This document shows, in pieces, positions 61,472 to 64,000 of a stretch of DNA of 64,000 bases; the first letter of the stretch is position 1, and each line of letters opens with the position of its first letter. The DNA is from Candidatus Campbellbacteria bacterium GW2011_OD1_34_28 (lineage in GTDB: Bacteria; Patescibacteriota; Minisyncoccia; Phycocordibacterales; UBA12079). The position numbers and the translations under genes were made by a program. A model generated the notes under the pieces. That model was not told where the DNA came from. It saw only the letters and a program-made list of their open reading frames with translations, and did not search any database. The DNA is taken from the NCBI GenBank assembly GCA_001029775.1, contig CP011215.1, positions 682,303 through 746,302 on the forward strand, in the 5' to 3' direction.

Positions 61472-62002
61472 CTATTTTTTCAACAAAAATGTCTTTATTC
61501 CATAAACACCCAAAAAAGCGAGTGCAAAAGCTCCTAAAATATCCAAGGGCCAATGAACACCAGAAATGACACGAGCAACCCCTATTAAAATTGCCCCTAG
61601 TAGTAAAAATGACGAGAAACATCTCGGGTTATACAAATAATTCATTAGAGCCAGCGTTGCAAAAAATGTCGTATGTCCAGACGGAAAAGAATCAGCGTTT
61701 CCGTGTTCAAACAAAACATTTATATTATCTAGTGCTATAAAAGGTCTAGGACTGTAATACAAAAAATTTATTATTTGAGAGACAAACCAAACCAGCATAG
61801 AAGCAGAAGAAATGATGAAAAATTCTTTTATTATTTTCTTTTCAAACTTTGATTTATAAAATCTGTAAAAATAAAATGCTACAAAAATCCCTACTAAAAT
61901 ATAGGGAAAATATTGAGCAAAAAATAGCACCAGAAAATCAATGGTTTCATTTTTACCCGCAATATTGTTCAAAAAATAAAAAATTTCATAGTTTAAATTC
62001 AT
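61472..62002 (-). CDS. PAP2-family (undecaprenyl-PP) phosphatase
   Basis: RPF, SFPSGH, ARVISGVHWPLD. Confidence 0.9.
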   Translation of the reverse strand: MNLNYEIFYFLNNIAGKNETIDFLVLFFAQYFPYILVGIFVAFYFYRFYKSKFEKKIIKEFFIISSASMLVWFVSQIINFLYYSPRPFIALDNINVLFEHGNADSFPSGHTTFFATLALMNYLYNPRCFSSFLLLGAILIGVARVISGVHWPLDILGAFALAFLGVYGIKTFLLKK

Positions 62003-62047
62003 ATGTGTTTTAAATTTATCATCCTGGATTGCTTCACTTCTTCCGAG

Positions 62048-64000
62048 CTATAAACTATCGACTATCGTCTCCGTTGTTGTCGGCTCTGTTGTCGTAGCTG
62101 TCGGTTCTACCACAGGATCTATTGTCGTTGCTGGTTCTGTTGTTACAGCTGTTGGCTCTTCAACAAGCACCGTTCGTGTGCTTGTTGAAGTCAGTGTTCC
62201 ATCAAATGCTGTGTAAGTAACTGTGTATTCTCCTGCTATTGATGTATCAACATCTTCCTCTCCGAATACATCTACTATTAGAGAGTCTCCCACTCCGTTC
62301 ACGGCTGTCGCACCCAAATCAGAATAATTAGTATTTAGTTCTACTGTGGCTGGATTATTACCAATGATTGTGATTAAAGGTGGTGTTGTTGTAGATTGTG
62401 TTATTTCGGTAATAGAAGCTGTTTGATTTACTAGCAAAGCTTCTAATTTAGCAACTCTCTCTTTTAACTCTGCGATTTCATTTTTGTTAGCAAGAATATT
62501 TGATGTATTTTCAACAACCCTTTGCCAAATTTCTTTAACTGCGTTTACCAAAACCGAAGTCAATTTTGGATAATCAAGGTTCATGATGTTACCTTTGTCA
62601 TCGTGTCCGATTACTTCTGGGATTAACAAATCAACTTCTTCTGCGATGAATCCGATTTGAGTAGATGATGAATTAATAAAGTCTGATTTCCAGTTGAAAG
62701 ATACAGGGCGTAGTTGAAGGACTGTGTCTAGACCATATGTTAGATCGTTGATGTTTGTTTTGAATCTCTCTGACGATGCTCCACAGGCGGTTGTTGATGT
62801 TGCTAGTTCTCCGTTTGTTGATACACAAGCATAGTAACCTGTTCCATTATTGGTTAGGCCGGTGAAAGCAGCTGTTCCGTTTACGGAAAGAGTTCTCCAT
62901 GGGGTGGTGGTGCCGATGCCGATGTTGCCGTCATTAAATATATACGAGCCTGTGCCTATACCAAAAACTCCATTTGTTCCATTATGAGTTAATGATAGCC
63001 ACTGGTTAGTAGACTGAGCCGCTGAATGAATAAACATAGTTGGATTAGATTGTTCAGAATGTTGGAAGTTAAAACTCATATCATTAACATCTGCAATAAT
63101 TAAAGATCGTGACTGATGGTTTCCGCTTCCTCCGTCATCATTTAATCCAATTATCAAGGCATCGTTTGTTTGAGCAGTATCCCACTCCATCCGAGCCATA
63201 TCATCCGTAGCAGCGCCAAATCCTAGCTGTTTATCACTTCCTAAGCCAAGACCGATTGTAGTAGAAAAATAGGCCGATAGTGTGTTTCCAGCTGAAAAAT
63301 ACATACTACCACTACTGCTAAAAATTGTGTGTCCATTCTGATCAATAGATATATTGCCATAACTCGCAGACTTATCATCATATCCTGATACTCTTAAACC
63401 TGTCGTTGGTGCACCTGAACCAAAATTAGGTCCATCCGTTTTTTGTACAACTTGCAATTCCGTAACGGGAGCAGTTATTCCAATCCCAACATTTCCACTA
63501 TCCAAAACAGTCACCAACGGAGTGTCAGCCGAGTTGGTTGTTTGAAAGTTTATCCCTGTGGTTGTTCCTGCTCCTTTGACAGATAATTTTGCAAAAGGTG
63601 AAGTGGTGCCGATGCCGACGTTGCCGGTACCTGATACCACAGTAAACTTAGGGTTTACAACATCTGAAGCAGAAAAAACACTAAAGGCACTACTTGCTCC
63701 CGGAACCATAGACACATTTGCCGAGGAACGGAATCTAAACCCATTACTGTTAGTGATTGACCCAAAGTTATCGTAAGCAGTTCCCAACCCGTTTACTCCA
63801 AAACTTATCCAAGGGGCATCAGTGATATTTTGAGCAGTAACATGGATGCCTCCCATTGTGGTGCTGTTTCCAATAACATTCAACACAGCATCAGGACTTG
63901 TCGTCCCAATTCCGACGTTGCCAGTTATCGTTGTGCTTCCTGTTACTTGAAGTTTTGCACCTCCAACTACATCAGTATAGGAACCAATTAATAAATTTCC
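62048..64000 (-). CDS. Large surface/fibre protein, C-terminal part (GNVGIGT repeats, S74 intramolecular chaperone, Ig-like domain, Thr/Pro tail); starts beyond window
   Basis: GNVGIGTTSP repeats; SSERFKTNI...GFIAEEV...coiled coil; YSDLGATA...GEYTVTY. Confidence 0.82.
   Translation of the reverse strand, partial: GNLLIGSYTDVVGGAKLQVTGSTTITGNVGIGTTSPDAVLNVIGNSTTMGGIHVTAQNITDAPWISFGVNGLGTAYDNFGSITNSNGFRFRSSANVSMVPGASSAFSVFSASDVVNPKFTVVSGTGNVGIGTTSPFAKLSVKGAGTTTGINFQTTNSADTPLVTVLDSGNVGIGITAPVTELQVVQKTDGPNFGSGAPTTGLRVSGYDDKSASYGNISIDQNGHTIFSSSGSMYFSAGNTLSAYFSTTIGLGLGSDKQLGFGAATDDMARMEWDTAQTNDALIIGLNDDGGSGNHQSRSLIIADVNDMSFNFQHSEQSNPTMFIHSAAQSTNQWLSLTHNGTNGVFGIGTGSYIFNDGNIGIGTTTPWRTLSVNGTAAFTGLTNNGTGYYACVSTNGELATSTTACGASSERFKTNINDLTYGLDTVLQLRPVSFNWKSDFINSSSTQIGFIAEEVDLLIPEVIGHDDKGNIMNLDYPKLTSVLVNAVKEIWQRVVENTSNILANKNEIAELKERVAKLEALLVNQTASITEITQSTTTPPLITIIGNNPATVELNTNYSDLGATAVNGVGDSLIVDVFGEEDVDTSIAGEYTVTYTAFDGTLTSTSTRTVLVEEPTAVTTEPATTIDPVVEPTATTTEPTTTETIVDSL

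Overview
AT-rich bacterial chromosome segment, most likely Patescibacteria/CPR (Parcubacteria-like). This is inferred from the divergent stand-alone 16S rRNA, truncated housekeeping proteins and short or absent mRNA leaders. It carries core genes (valS 3' end, hisS, gyrB, pheST, a RelA/SpoT homologue, yihA, mltG, ftsEX, prfB, murC, secDF), tRNA-Gln(CTG), tRNA-Ile(GAT) and a ~17.6 kb island integrated in tRNA-Gln. The island holds CBASS, a HEPN-like gene, a LexA-like repressor, a ParB-methylase/terminase module, a serine recombinase and a type I R-M operon with an inserted gene. The most unusual observations are: (1) a ~355-nt structured intergenic element (3785-4143) ending in a miniature copy of 23S rRNA helices H68-H71, the 50S intersubunit face, next to an atypical TruB; (2) a 16S rRNA without the canonical anti-Shine-Dalgarno tail, while a scattered class of orphan genes keeps strong SD motifs; (3) an apparently intact NlpC/P60 peptidase domain inserted inside PheT. 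All calls come from reading the sequence and motifs by eye; no database searches were run.
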